This document shows, in pieces, positions 8,963 to 18,435 of a stretch of 64,000 nt of DNA; position 1 is the first letter of the stretch, and each line of letters opens with the position of its first letter. Under the pieces are notes generated by a model. It did no database searches and was not told the DNA's origin. It was given only the letters and a program-made list of their open reading frames with translations. Origin of the DNA: a virus (lineage: Duplodnaviria > Caudoviricetes); the IMG/VR virus record IMGVR_UViG_3300033076_000210, positions 1-64,000 of that record; one strand, written 5' to 3'. The position numbers and the translations under genes were made by a program.

Positions 8963-10146
8963 AGTTTGCTCGTTATCATTTTTGTAACTGCTTTTGCAGT
9001 AACTGGACCAAGGGTCCACCCTAGATGACCATGTCCAGTATTGTAGAACACATTCATGACTTTGTTACTCTGTTTAACAATAGGCATCATGTTAGGAGTC
9101 ATGGGTCGTAGACATGCCCAGCTGGTATAATCATGTGTGTTTATGTTTGGAAAGTTAGTACGTACCCAACTTAACAAAGGGTCAATTCGATCTTTTCGAA
9201 TATCGTAGTTTTCACCAGCTAACTCTGCGGTGCCTGCTACACGGAAACGATTGCCCAGACTTGCTGTAACAATCTTGGCTTGATCATCTAATAGACTAAC
9301 ATGCGGTAGGTGTCGAGGATCAACGTTGTTAATAGTAATACTATAACCCTTGACTGGGTAAATGTCAATGGTGTCTCCTACTTCTTTGCCGATAGCAACA
9401 GAACCGACACCTGCACATACCACAACATTGTCAAACCCCTTAGACAAATACTCCATACCGTATGTTTCAATCACGGACGAATTGTATTTAAATTCTACGT
9501 TATACTTGTTAACCAATACTTTTTCAAGTTCATGACAAAACTTGTGGATGTCGCCTGTCCAGTCAGTGGAGGTCCAAGCGCCACCCACAATACCATCAAC
9601 TTTATCAAGTGCAGGGTCTAATGCTTTGGTTTGCATTGGGCCTAGAATATCCCAGTCAAGTCCATTGCTATTGTAAATTTCTTTGGCTTGCTTTGCAGAG
9701 TCAAAATACGCTGCATCTTTGTAGAAGTGTAATATCCCTGAAGCTGTTTGGTCAAACTTCAAATCTTCTTCGCGGATAATCTCTGCATACAAGTTACGAG
9801 ATTCAATTCCCATCTGGATTGTGGCTTCTGTATTCTTTTTGTAATCACCGTTAGCAGTATGATACAAGAACTTTGCAATCCATTTCCACTGTGCAATATC
9901 AAGCCTTGGACGAATCAAGAGAGGCGCATCTTTGGTGAACATCCACTTGAGACCTTTCTTGACGTTGGCCCACGTGGTCCAAACTTCCGAATTGCTCACT
10001 GAGATTTGGCCGCCATTGGCGTAACTAGTTCGCATAGCAGCATGCGGCTCTTGTTCAAACACAGTTACCCGGTGGCCTTCGCGAGCAAGATAATATGCTG
10101 TTGTAATACCGGTAATGCCGGCGCCAATTACTGCAACTGATTTCAT
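8959..10146 (-). CDS. dadA: D-amino acid dehydrogenase (FAD-dependent, DAO family)
   Basis: GAGITG, TSYANGGQIS, PVKGYS, RVAGTAE, WACLRPMTP, NTGHGHLGWTLG motifs. Confidence 0.9.
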   Translation of the reverse strand: MKSVAVIGAGITGITTAYYLAREGHRVTVFEQEPHAAMRTSYANGGQISVSNSEVWTTWANVKKGLKWMFTKDAPLLIRPRLDIAQWKWIAKFLYHTANGDYKKNTEATIQMGIESRNLYAEIIREEDLKFDQTASGILHFYKDAAYFDSAKQAKEIYNSNGLDWDILGPMQTKALDPALDKVDGIVGGAWTSTDWTGDIHKFCHELEKVLVNKYNVEFKYNSSVIETYGMEYLSKGFDNVVVCAGVGSVAIGKEVGDTIDIYPVKGYSITINNVDPRHLPHVSLLDDQAKIVTASLGNRFRVAGTAELAGENYDIRKDRIDPLLSWVRTNFPNINTHDYTSWACLRPMTPNMMPIVKQSNKVMNVFYNTGHGHLGWTLGPVTAKAVTKMITSKL

Positions 10147-12464
10147 AATTTGCAGCTTTCGCAATCATCTTCCATCATTTCGATATTGTGTGGTAAGTCT
10201 ACCAACGCTTCATCTTCTTTTTGTTTGCTACCAGCTTTGTTGATCAAGCTGTAGTAGAATGTCTTGATGCCCCAGTGATGTGCTAACATCAAGTTCTTGG
10301 CAATCAATGTAGTTGGCACTTTGCGATCTGCAAAGTGAGCAGGATTGTAGAATGTGTTAGTACTGATAGACTGATCAACATAGGCTTGAATAACTGCCGC
10401 AGTCTTCAAGTAACCATCACAATCTTGTTGTGCCCACATCAGTTGATATTTGTTTTTCAACTTGTGATACTCTGGAACAACTTGTGTTAGTGAACCTGCT
10501 TTGGATTCTTTAACAGTAATCAAGCTCATTGGCATTTCGATACCATTGGTTGAGTTGATAACAACTGAGCTAGATTCAACCGGAGCCACGGCCATCAGTG
10601 TGGCATTACGCACACCATATGCTCGCATATCAGCACGTAGCCCTTCCCAGTTTAGTTCAGGATCAAAATTTGTAAGCTCATTGACACCGGATGCACGGCG
10701 CTCCCAGGGGAACACGCCTCTTCCATACCACGTCTTGTCGCTATCCTTACAACGGCCGCGTTCTTTTGCAAGTTCCACGGTTGCTTCAGTAAGGTAATAA
10801 GCCTGGTGTTCCATCCAGGACTTAACTTCGGCCAAAGCGTCTGCGTCTCCATAGCTAAAGCTACGTTTGGCGTGCCAGTAAGCAAGGTTTGTAATACCGA
10901 TACCAAGTGGCTGAATCTCATCATTGGACAACTTGCTTTGGATTGAGAGGAAGTCCTGATAGTCGAGGATATTACAGAGTGAGCGTTGCAAAATACGGCA
11001 AGCACGGCGCATGTCCTCAGGATGGCGGAACGCACCCCAGTTGATTGAGCCCAAGGTGCATAAAGCAATACGACCCTCGGCGTCATCCAGGCGCTTGAAA
11101 GGTCTTGTAGGAAGGAGAATTTCACAGCAAAGATTTGATTGATAGATAGTGTGATACTCGGGGTCAAACGGACCCTGGTTCATCACGTTGTCGACAAATA
11201 CTAGATAAATGCGACCAGTGTCTGTTCGCTCCTTAAGAATGCCAGATTTGAAGACTTCTTCAGCAGAGATAGTTTTCTTCCGGAGATCAGATCTAGCTTC
11301 ATATTTGACATAAAGATCTTCAAATAGCTTAGTGTCGCGGTAAAATGCTTCATATAAGTCCGGTACCTCATTGGGGTCAAAGAAAGTGATATTTTCTTTG
11401 TTTTTAAATCGACGCCAGAAAAAAGCAGATAATACGACGCCGTAGTCCATGTGCCGGACTCGGGTTTCTTCGGTTCCCTGATTGTTCTTGAGCACAATGA
11501 GATCATCGAATTGATGATGCCAGATGGGATAGAAAACCGTAGCACTAGCATTGCGAATACCTCCTTGACTGCATGAACGTAAATCTCCGAACCATTTCTT
11601 TAAAAAGGGAATCATACCTGTGTGCATGATCTCGCCACCACGAATAGGCGAACCCAACGGACGTAAGCGACCAATCTCTAAACCAATGCCAGCACGTTTG
11701 CTGGCATACTTGGCCATCATCTCACCAGATGCGAAAATACTATCGAGATCATCATCGCTACGGATAAGAACACAACTACTGAACTGCTTAGTAGGAGTCC
11801 CCAGACCAGCAAGCACAGGAGTAGCGAGAGTGAAAAGGCCGTCCGAGGCGGCATTGTAGTATTCCTTGATATAGCGCATTCTTGCGCTGTTGGGTTCTTC
11901 CTTGTGGAATACCGTCGCCGCAGCGACTATGTATCGGATCTGTGGTGTTTCATAAATTTCTTTGGTAGCACGATTGCGAACAAGATACTTTTCGATTAGC
12001 TGCTCAATGGCTGCATAAGAATACTGCTCGTCCTTGGAGTGGTCCAACATGTCGTTCATACGGTTCCAGTCGTCTTGTGTATACCACTGCAACAACTCCG
12101 GTGTGTATAAACCAACTTCTACGTTTTTCTTAACGATTTCATATAGATGTGGAACTTCGTAATCACCGTATACGTCTTTGCGAAGCATGCTTAAACGCTG
12201 CTTGCCTGCTACATACTGATAGTTTACGTGTCCTACGTCGGGATTGGCTTCTACATCAATTAGATCAACAATTGCTCGCAGTGTAATACCGTCAATTTCT
12301 GCTGTGGTGATCCCATCGTAAAAATGCAACTGTGTTCTTATTTCAATCATTGACTGACTAACGTCTGCAATTCCCTGACACACTTTGGCAATTTGACTTT
12401 GCCATTTTTCCAAATTTAAAGGCTCTTTGCGCCCGCTTCTCTTCACTACTGTAATTTGCGTCAT
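10143..12464 (-). CDS. nrdA: ribonucleotide reductase class Ia alpha subunit
   Basis: N-terminal ATP cone (VVKRSG), QFSSCVL, SNLCCEI, KTFYY, C-terminal CESC. Confidence 0.97.
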   Translation of the reverse strand: MTQITVVKRSGRKEPLNLEKWQSQIAKVCQGIADVSQSMIEIRTQLHFYDGITTAEIDGITLRAIVDLIDVEANPDVGHVNYQYVAGKQRLSMLRKDVYGDYEVPHLYEIVKKNVEVGLYTPELLQWYTQDDWNRMNDMLDHSKDEQYSYAAIEQLIEKYLVRNRATKEIYETPQIRYIVAAATVFHKEEPNSARMRYIKEYYNAASDGLFTLATPVLAGLGTPTKQFSSCVLIRSDDDLDSIFASGEMMAKYASKRAGIGLEIGRLRPLGSPIRGGEIMHTGMIPFLKKWFGDLRSCSQGGIRNASATVFYPIWHHQFDDLIVLKNNQGTEETRVRHMDYGVVLSAFFWRRFKNKENITFFDPNEVPDLYEAFYRDTKLFEDLYVKYEARSDLRKKTISAEEVFKSGILKERTDTGRIYLVFVDNVMNQGPFDPEYHTIYQSNLCCEILLPTRPFKRLDDAEGRIALCTLGSINWGAFRHPEDMRRACRILQRSLCNILDYQDFLSIQSKLSNDEIQPLGIGITNLAYWHAKRSFSYGDADALAEVKSWMEHQAYYLTEATVELAKERGRCKDSDKTWYGRGVFPWERRASGVNELTNFDPELNWEGLRADMRAYGVRNATLMAVAPVESSSVVINSTNGIEMPMSLITVKESKAGSLTQVVPEYHKLKNKYQLMWAQQDCDGYLKTAAVIQAYVDQSISTNTFYNPAHFADRKVPTTLIAKNLMLAHHWGIKTFYYSLINKAGSKQKEDEALVDLPHNIEMMEDDCESCKL

Positions 12465-12474
12465 TTCTACTCTT

Positions 12475-12900
12475 TTAATTGTATTTTTGTTGCACTTGGG
12501 TTTGAGTCAAGTGCTGTTTGATTTCTAACTTGTGGTTGGTATTTACGACAGTGTCGGTGGCCCAATTCAATATATATTTTCTTTTGCAAACTAGGACTAA
12601 ATTGTCACCGTCTTGGGTTAAAACTAGTTCTGCATCGGTTAACTCAGGATGGTCCAGCAAGCTAATAGTATACAACATTCCTAGTCCTTTTGCAACATCA
12701 CAGTAGAAGTTGTCGTTCAAAAGTTCCCAGGGATCTGGCCAAGTTTCTCGATCGTCCCAGTGTAAATGGTATGCACGCCACGGTGCATGTCCCCACCAGG
12801 TGTTGATTTGAGCTAACGCAGTTTCTGCGTCTAGGTGTTGTATTTGTTTTCGTAGGTTTGCCCAGGCGTCAAGCCTGAGTTGAAAGGTTTTTGGCCACAT
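12475..12900 (-). CDS. hypothetical protein, possibly transglutaminase-like cysteine-protease (BTLCP) fold
   Basis: WPDPWEL...YCDVAKG...LVLV...YILN resembles the BTLCP pattern. Confidence 0.5.
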   Translation of the reverse strand: MWPKTFQLRLDAWANLRKQIQHLDAETALAQINTWWGHAPWRAYHLHWDDRETWPDPWELLNDNFYCDVAKGLGMLYTISLLDHPELTDAELVLTQDGDNLVLVCKRKYILNWATDTVVNTNHKLEIKQHLTQTQVQQKYN

Positions 12901-14495
12901 TAAACGCGGAATTTAGATATTGAATAAGCAAGAGATCCATCAATACTGGTATTAGTACTAGTGTATGCAATACTTACGACATCCCCGACCTGGGTAGCAG
13001 AAAAGATGATACCTACAGTTTCGTTTTCAACGTAGTCATCATCATAGGTTAATGTACCGCCACCTGTTGGTACAACTCTCAATGTGCCATGGCGCACACC
13101 AGTATCACGGGTGATACTGTAATTAATCGACACAGATCGATACAGTGTAGCATCAAATGTATAGAATGTTTCATCTGCTGTGCCATTTAGCAATGTTGTA
13201 ATCGGTTCTGTTTCAAGAACGTTGGGTCCAAGTTGAATTAGTTTACCGTTAACGAATCCAATACTGCCAGTTGTCCCAAGATCAACTCTAGGATAAATTG
13301 TAGCATAATCATCGCTGCGCTCAAACAAATCGCCAACACTGATATTATTCTCATTTGCAATTTTAATAACAGATGTCGCAGGACTTAGTGTTCCATTAAA
13401 GTGATTACCAACATCATAGAAAATATTGTATCCAGTGGCATTTAGTTCTACTGCACCGATATCAATACCTTCGGCATAGATGTTGTTGAAAAAATTATGA
13501 ACTATTCTGAATCCATTGGGCCCACCATTGGTTAGAGTATCTGTGCCCAACACAATGCCTTGATACAATGTATCAAATTTACCATTGCTGATTGTAACGC
13601 CTTGTGCGCCATCATTGGTGTTAATACCAAATGTTGTACCACTAAACCCACAACGATCAAATGTAATGTTGCTACAAATTAATGCTGGTGTGCTAGAAAA
13701 TCTAACGCCTGACATATTAACTGAGTCAGTAGTTAAATTTGATTGTGTCAATGGCCCCATGAAATTAACATTAGTAAATGTACAGTCAGTGGCATCCTCA
13801 ATTAAAAATACATCGCCGTAATTTTCTTCAACTGTTCTAAACCCTAGATTGTCGATAGTAATATATTTCGGAGTAGTTGCACCATTGGCGCCAATATTAG
13901 CACCAGTCTGTTGTAAACTATCTGCTGTTCTTGCTACATAAGCCCGAAACGCACTATCATCACCAGCGGCCATTTGTATCACTGAATTATCCGGGCCTTC
14001 GCCATACAGTGTGGCGTAAGTAGGTATATCAATGGTTTGATTTACTAGGTATACCCCAGCTGGGAAAAATAACGCACGACGAATTTGTGGGTTGACTTCT
14101 CGGCAATACAGTTGATACAATGCTCTGTTAATTGCATCAGTGTCGTCAGTTACTCCATCGCCTACTGCACCAAAGTCTTTAACTGATGCCCATTGATCCA
14201 GCCAGCTTTGTAGACTTTGCGAAACAGGTGTGTTTGCAGTTGGTCCTGTTTGTGCAGCATATCCTGTTGCAGCAATGCCGCTGTATGTATATGTAGTTTG
14301 GAATGATAAAATATCACTAAACTCAGTGAGAATTTCTGTATTCCCCACTGTAGGCGCACCATCGGCCAATGTACCATTGCCAATGAACAATCTACGCTCG
14401 TCTATGCTCCAACCTAATTCTGCACCGGCAAGCTGCGGTAAATCTATTTGTAAACCTTTACGGTTTGTTATTTGTGAAATCTGTACAATAGCCAC
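12900..14495 (-). CDS. tail fibre/tailspike-like protein with right-handed beta-helix
   Basis: N-terminal LAGAELGW..DERRLFIGNG attachment motif; SVKDFGAVGDGVTDDT...FFPAGVY pectate-lyase-3-like motif; GTG start. Confidence 0.8.
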   Translation of the reverse strand: MAIVQISQITNRKGLQIDLPQLAGAELGWSIDERRLFIGNGTLADGAPTVGNTEILTEFSDILSFQTTYTYSGIAATGYAAQTGPTANTPVSQSLQSWLDQWASVKDFGAVGDGVTDDTDAINRALYQLYCREVNPQIRRALFFPAGVYLVNQTIDIPTYATLYGEGPDNSVIQMAAGDDSAFRAYVARTADSLQQTGANIGANGATTPKYITIDNLGFRTVEENYGDVFLIEDATDCTFTNVNFMGPLTQSNLTTDSVNMSGVRFSSTPALICSNITFDRCGFSGTTFGINTNDGAQGVTISNGKFDTLYQGIVLGTDTLTNGGPNGFRIVHNFFNNIYAEGIDIGAVELNATGYNIFYDVGNHFNGTLSPATSVIKIANENNISVGDLFERSDDYATIYPRVDLGTTGSIGFVNGKLIQLGPNVLETEPITTLLNGTADETFYTFDATLYRSVSINYSITRDTGVRHGTLRVVPTGGGTLTYDDDYVENETVGIIFSATQVGDVVSIAYTSTNTSIDGSLAYSISKFRV

Positions 14496-14518
14496 TGTGA
14501 TATCCTTGATCTATCACA

Positions 14519-14524
14519 TATTTA
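14519..14524 (-). promoter_or_regulatory. late promoter core TAAATA
   Basis: T4 late-promoter-like core upstream of a structural gene. Confidence 0.55.
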
Positions 14525-15232
14525 GCGTGTTAGATAATAGAGCTCAACTCGTTTGTTCCACTCGTTTACCCAGTACTCAAACTCATCGCCTTCGATCACA
14601 AACTCTAGATATTCTGGTGTAGTGTAGGTCCCATCTTCTAGTAATTTAGGCTGCACAGCCATCATAATCACGCCAGTGTCAATGTTAGTGCCGTGTGTTT
14701 CGTTGTGTGCCAATGCATAAGCAGCAAGTTGGGTAAAATAATCACTGATGTGTTCTTTTTTCTTGACCCGATTACTTTGTTTAAAGTCAATAATAGCAGG
14801 TTTTCCTTTCCATTGCCCAATGCAGTCAGTAGTGCCTGCATATAACCCACTATAATACACAGGAACTTCTACGCCCCAAAATTCATCAACATTAACCAGT
14901 CCTTTAAGAATAACTTCAGCGGCCATAAACCAGCTGGGGTGAGCAAACGGGTTACCGGGCAACCCTTTCATATCTGACTGTAATGCATAGTGTTCTAGGT
15001 AAGCATGCATGCGAGTTCCGCGGTTGGCTGCTTCTGTAGTAATCTGCTGCGCTTGTTGTTCGCCCACACGCTTTTTCCAGTTAGCCAGGGCCTCTCGTGA
15101 TTCTTGAGATTTTGTTTTGTCAAGTATAGTAGTAACACTAGGGACCTTGCTTCCGTCAGGCAAGCAATAGTGTCGTTTGCCGTCGATAGTTTCGCGGCTG
15201 ATAGGAGCATAGTTGTAGCGTTGAGTAATCAT
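14522..15232 (-). CDS. PD-(D/E)XK exonuclease
   Basis: PSVTTIL, RGT.MH, YAGTTD, IIDFKQS, QLAAYA. Confidence 0.88.
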   Translation of the reverse strand: MITQRYNYAPISRETIDGKRHYCLPDGSKVPSVTTILDKTKSQESREALANWKKRVGEQQAQQITTEAANRGTRMHAYLEHYALQSDMKGLPGNPFAHPSWFMAAEVILKGLVNVDEFWGVEVPVYYSGLYAGTTDCIGQWKGKPAIIDFKQSNRVKKKEHISDYFTQLAAYALAHNETHGTNIDTGVIMMAVQPKLLEDGTYTTPEYLEFVIEGDEFEYWVNEWNKRVELYYLTR

Positions 15233-15819
15233 TGGTCTAAGTTTCGTTCATTAATATAAGTCATTGGGTTTAGGTTTCGCAACATTTGATTTTGTAGATC
15301 AATAATTTGCTGGGCCAGCTCGCGTTGTTCACGCATAAAATCTGTACCGTAGTCTATAGGAGTCGGTGCCGGTAGTTCTACTTTGCTAGTGATTTCGCTA
15401 CCGTCTCGTTCTACTGTACGTAGTCCATGTTTGGCCGCAAGATGTTGAATCTTTTGATTTTGCGTGATACAGTGCATAAACACATTGTGGATTCCATGTA
15501 TTTGTGCCCAAGGAATCATGTAACTCATTAATCGGTCGCCTATTCCTTGACCTTGTTGGTCACTATCTACACTTACTGCAAGTTCCCAATCGTTGCCTTC
15601 TCGCGCCAAGTGGCCAAACCCCACAATAATATTGTCTTTGCTAGCAGTAAACAAATGATGATCCTTTTGATTATACAAGATGCGCAGGATTAACTGATCA
15701 ATCTGTTCGTCTCGAACGTTGTAGCAGAATCGTGTGTATCGATCGCTAGGCGATAACTTCTTTAAGTGTTGGGCATAAACATCTAGCACCTTTGCAGATT
15801 TTTGTTCAATTTTAATCAT
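15229..15819 (-). CDS. GNAT family acetyltransferase
   Basis: LS..DRY.RF, ELAVSV...QGQGIG acetyl-CoA motif, N..I..LA.K.G. Confidence 0.85.
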   Translation of the reverse strand: MIKIEQKSAKVLDVYAQHLKKLSPSDRYTRFCYNVRDEQIDQLILRILYNQKDHHLFTASKDNIIVGFGHLAREGNDWELAVSVDSDQQGQGIGDRLMSYMIPWAQIHGIHNVFMHCITQNQKIQHLAAKHGLRTVERDGSEITSKVELPAPTPIDYGTDFMREQRELAQQIIDLQNQMLRNLNPMTYINERNLDQ

Positions 15820-15821
15820 AA

Positions 15822-16115
15822 TCAATAACTACCATAGCAGGTCCGTGTGGTTGTTACAGTACCATCGGGATTTTGAATTTGAGTCCATGGACTACAATTC
15901 TGTTGCTGTTGAATCAAGACCGGAGGTTGTTGGGTTACAATCACAGGAGGTACCGGACGAGCTAACTCGTAGCCAATTGCTCCGCCAATAATTACAGGAG
16001 CTACCCATCCCCAACTGTTGTTTTGTCGTTGCCAGTGGCCGTGGTGGTGATAGTGCCCATGGGCCCACGTGGCCGAGCTAAAAGTTAAAAGCAGAAAAAG
16101 AAAAAAGCGTTGCAT
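15822..16115 (-). CDS. exported His-rich small protein
   Basis: Signal peptide (..TWA/HG), HGHYHHHGHW, IIGGAIG motif, Cys pair; start moved to MQRFFLF. Confidence 0.7.
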   Translation of the reverse strand: MQRFFLFLLLTFSSATWAHGHYHHHGHWQRQNNSWGWVAPVIIGGAIGYELARPVPPVIVTQQPPVLIQQQQNCSPWTQIQNPDGTVTTTRTCYGSY

Positions 16116-16120
16116 ATAGT

Positions 16121-16149
16121 ATTGTACCATATTTAACGCTTTTAGTCAA
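16121..16149 (-). promoter_or_regulatory. sigma70-type promoter TTGACT-N17-TACAAT (leaderless)
   Basis: 17-nt spacer; ATG 5 nt after -10. Confidence 0.75.
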
Positions 16150-16169
16150 TGATTAGTTGACAGGTTTGA

Positions 16170-16517
16170 TTATTTCATTCCCCGGCGCATTGCTGCCTTG
16201 GCATTTTGGTTAACAATATCTTCTGCACGATCTACACTCATAGCAGTGGATTCTGGCTCGTCATTACCTTTAAAGCGAATGATGTCTGAATTTGGTTCCA
16301 TTGGTTCTAAAATATTGCTCAACGGTTCTTTTAAAACCAATTCGTCCAATATTTGATCATTGAGGTTGATTCCTAAATTCTTAGCTGAATTAATCAATGC
16401 TTGTTTACTGATTTGTTTTTTGGCGTTGGAATCTTCGGCTCGTCCTGCCAGGAAGTCTATTAGGGCAGATAATTTAACAGTGTTAACACCGCCCTCTGAG
16501 AACTCACGTATTAGCAT
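16170..16517 (-). CDS. hypothetical protein, probable head-internal protein
   Basis: N-terminal MLIREF motif. Confidence 0.65.
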   Translation of the reverse strand: MLIREFSEGGVNTVKLSALIDFLAGRAEDSNAKKQISKQALINSAKNLGINLNDQILDELVLKEPLSNILEPMEPNSDIIRFKGNDEPESTAMSVDRAEDIVNQNAKAAMRRGMK

Positions 16518-17233
16518 TATCTGCGTCCACGACCTAGATCAGCAGTGGCACCTGGAATGTTATCAGTTTCTAAATCTGCGTCTGCTGCAAGATCGTCGCC
16601 AACAGCAGCGTCCAAGTCAGCATCAGCAGCACCGAGGTCAGCAGCAGCATCTAACTCACCACCGGCACCAAGATCAACATCCATGCCTGCATCAACTGGA
16701 GCACCCATTTCTTGGCCGGTAACTACGCCAAGTGCAGCATCCATTTGTTGCTTGCCAGCTTGTAGATTTTGCATCAAGCCTGTTAGAGCAGCAGTAGCAT
16801 CATTGTTAAACTGGCTGGCCTGTTGCTGACCAACTTCGTTCTTGATACTGTCAACTAGTGCAGGAAGATCTTTGAATTGCATTGCTGAAACTTCTTCCAA
16901 CATCTTTTGCATTTTGTCTACCATGTCTTGTGCAGCAAGAACAACTTGAGCTTGTTGAACTTCGCTGGCTTCACGCAATACGTTAAGTTCGCGGAGTCTT
17001 GCAGCAAGTCCTTGCTCCATAACAACCAACTTCAAATATGTTGGGTTTTGTTCACTGCGGTGGAAAGATGGGTGACCGCGGTGTTCGCGGATTAAGTCTC
17101 GCACACGCTTTAACATAGTACGGGCGGTATTAGGCGACATACGGTCAAACTCTGCAGCTTGACCGAAATAACTTTCAAACACTTTAGCTGTTTGCTTTGA
17201 CTTTTGTGGCTGTGCCAGGTCGTGAAGTTTCAT
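16517..17233 (-). CDS. hypothetical protein, probable head-internal/scaffold-like protein
   Basis: Helical with acidic Ala/Asp-rich tail; LRE/A site; TAAATA at 17257-17262. Confidence 0.65.
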   Translation of the reverse strand: MKLHDLAQPQKSKQTAKVFESYFGQAAEFDRMSPNTARTMLKRVRDLIREHRGHPSFHRSEQNPTYLKLVVMEQGLAARLRELNVLREASEVQQAQVVLAAQDMVDKMQKMLEEVSAMQFKDLPALVDSIKNEVGQQQASQFNNDATAALTGLMQNLQAGKQQMDAALGVVTGQEMGAPVDAGMDVDLGAGGELDAAADLGAADADLDAAVGDDLAADADLETDNIPGATADLGRGRR

Positions 17234-17681
17234 TTTCAAATCCTTTTTGATGTAGATATTTAGCCCAATTTACACATTTATCAATTTGATTTTTTAGTTC
17301 TCTTTTGTGTATAATTTTAGGTTCTAATTTAATTTCGATGCTTTCTTTTAACACAGCATCACGAGTTTTGTTTGCAACACCGGCTCGTACAAAAATGTCA
17401 TTAGTAACATTAGATAGCATGTTGTCAAACAGTAATATGTCTCGCGCTAAGTTGTATCGACGGTATTTGTCGGCAATACACCAACTAATTGCAGTACGAG
17501 TACTACTAAACGACCCTTGTATATCATCATTGATGAATACCGAGCATTTTGAGTTATCAACAACAACAAGATATCGGTCAAACACCTGATACTCATTGTT
17601 ACCACTTTGCCAAATTATCGACGGCAAAATGTTTTTAAATTCGTCACGAACCAACTGGTCAAGTTCTTGCTGTCGTTTCAT
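17184..17681 (-). CDS. hypothetical phage protein
   Basis: Coupled ORF, 165 aa. Confidence 0.7.
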   Translation of the reverse strand: MKRQQELDQLVRDEFKNILPSIIWQSGNNEYQVFDRYLVVVDNSKCSVFINDDIQGSFSSTRTAISWCIADKYRRYNLARDILLFDNMLSNVTNDIFVRAGVANKTRDAVLKESIEIKLEPKIIHKRELKNQIDKCVNWAKYLHQKGFENETSRPGTATKVKANS

Positions 17682-17941
17682 TTTAATACGTAATGACTAA
17701 GTAACCAGCCTACTATGCCAATCAATGAGACAATGATACCTATGCCCCAATTGATCAATCGGTCGGTATTTTTGCTAGCCATTGTTTCCACTGAAGTTTT
17801 AACAGATGCAACAGATTCTGCAACATCTTCGATTTTTTCATCCATGCTGGATATTTTTTCCTCAAGGAAGCGGTAGCGTTGAGCGCATAGATCAACATGC
17901 GCTTCTAAACTTTTCTTTTCGATTTCTGTAGTTGTTGACAT
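17678..17941 (-). CDS. coiled-coil membrane protein (holin/XhlA-like candidate)
   Basis: Coiled coil followed by a single C-terminal TM helix. Confidence 0.5.
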   Translation of the reverse strand: MSTTTEIEKKSLEAHVDLCAQRYRFLEEKISSMDEKIEDVAESVASVKTSVETMASKNTDRLINWGIGIIVSLIGIVGWLLSHYVLK

Positions 17942-17943
17942 AA

Positions 17944-18366
17944 TCAATTATTTACCATAATTTCTGCAAACCAAATGTTCTGCTGGTTTCCTTCAGTGAC
18001 CAATACCGGAGACAACGCATACTCATCATCGAGTCCCATGATCATCGGTACACCATTGCAATCAGTTTTTAATATACCAAATACATCCTGTTCATTTTGG
18101 TAGATGCCTTCGGTCTCCACAGTAAATTCAAAACTCCAACGACCGTGATTTATTGTCGGAATAGTAATTTCGAAAATCTGTGTTCGCAATTGCAATAGTT
18201 GTTCGATGGTCTCAAAGTTTCGTTGTTGATTGCGAGATCTAGTCCATGTTGTTAAATCAGTAATAGATTGACCTGCACGATCCTGAAAAGGCAATTGCGA
18301 TGACCTGAAGTGGCCGGTAATTCCAGTTCTAGTAATATCAAAAAGTGTAGAGCAACGTATTTGCAT
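17944..18366 (-). CDS. hypothetical phage protein
   Basis: TLFDIT.TG, QQRN motifs; TAAATA at 18376-18381. Confidence 0.7.
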   Translation of the reverse strand: MQIRCSTLFDITRTGITGHFRSSQLPFQDRAGQSITDLTTWTRSRNQQRNFETIEQLLQLRTQIFEITIPTINHGRWSFEFTVETEGIYQNEQDVFGILKTDCNGVPMIMGLDDEYALSPVLVTEGNQQNIWFAEIMVNN

Positions 18367-18389
18367 AGGGCATGATATTTACGGCCAAT

Positions 18390-18416
18390 AAAAAACCCCG
18401 GAATAAATCCGAGGTT
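18390..18416 (-). terminator. intrinsic terminator
   Basis: Minus strand: aacctcgga-tttat-tccggggtt followed by U tract. Confidence 0.8.
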
Positions 18417-18435
18417 AGTATCAAACGATGTCTGA

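Noticed and set aside
7862-12464. Intron or intein in nrdA/nrdB (also checked terminase, helicase, uvsX)
   Set aside because: All are continuous and of normal length, with no Hint or LAGLIDADG insert.
12900-14495. Diversity-generating retroelement target (Mtd-like N-terminus)
   Set aside because: No reverse transcriptase and no template/variable repeat pair seen in the window.
14522-15232. Exonuclease as Cas4 / sign of a CRISPR system
   Set aside because: No Fe-S cysteine set, no other cas genes and no repeat-spacer array in the window; typical stand-alone phage exonuclease.
16545-16700. Repeat-like GCAGCA/DLDAAA tract
   Set aside because: Low-complexity acidic protein tail, not a discrete DNA repeat.
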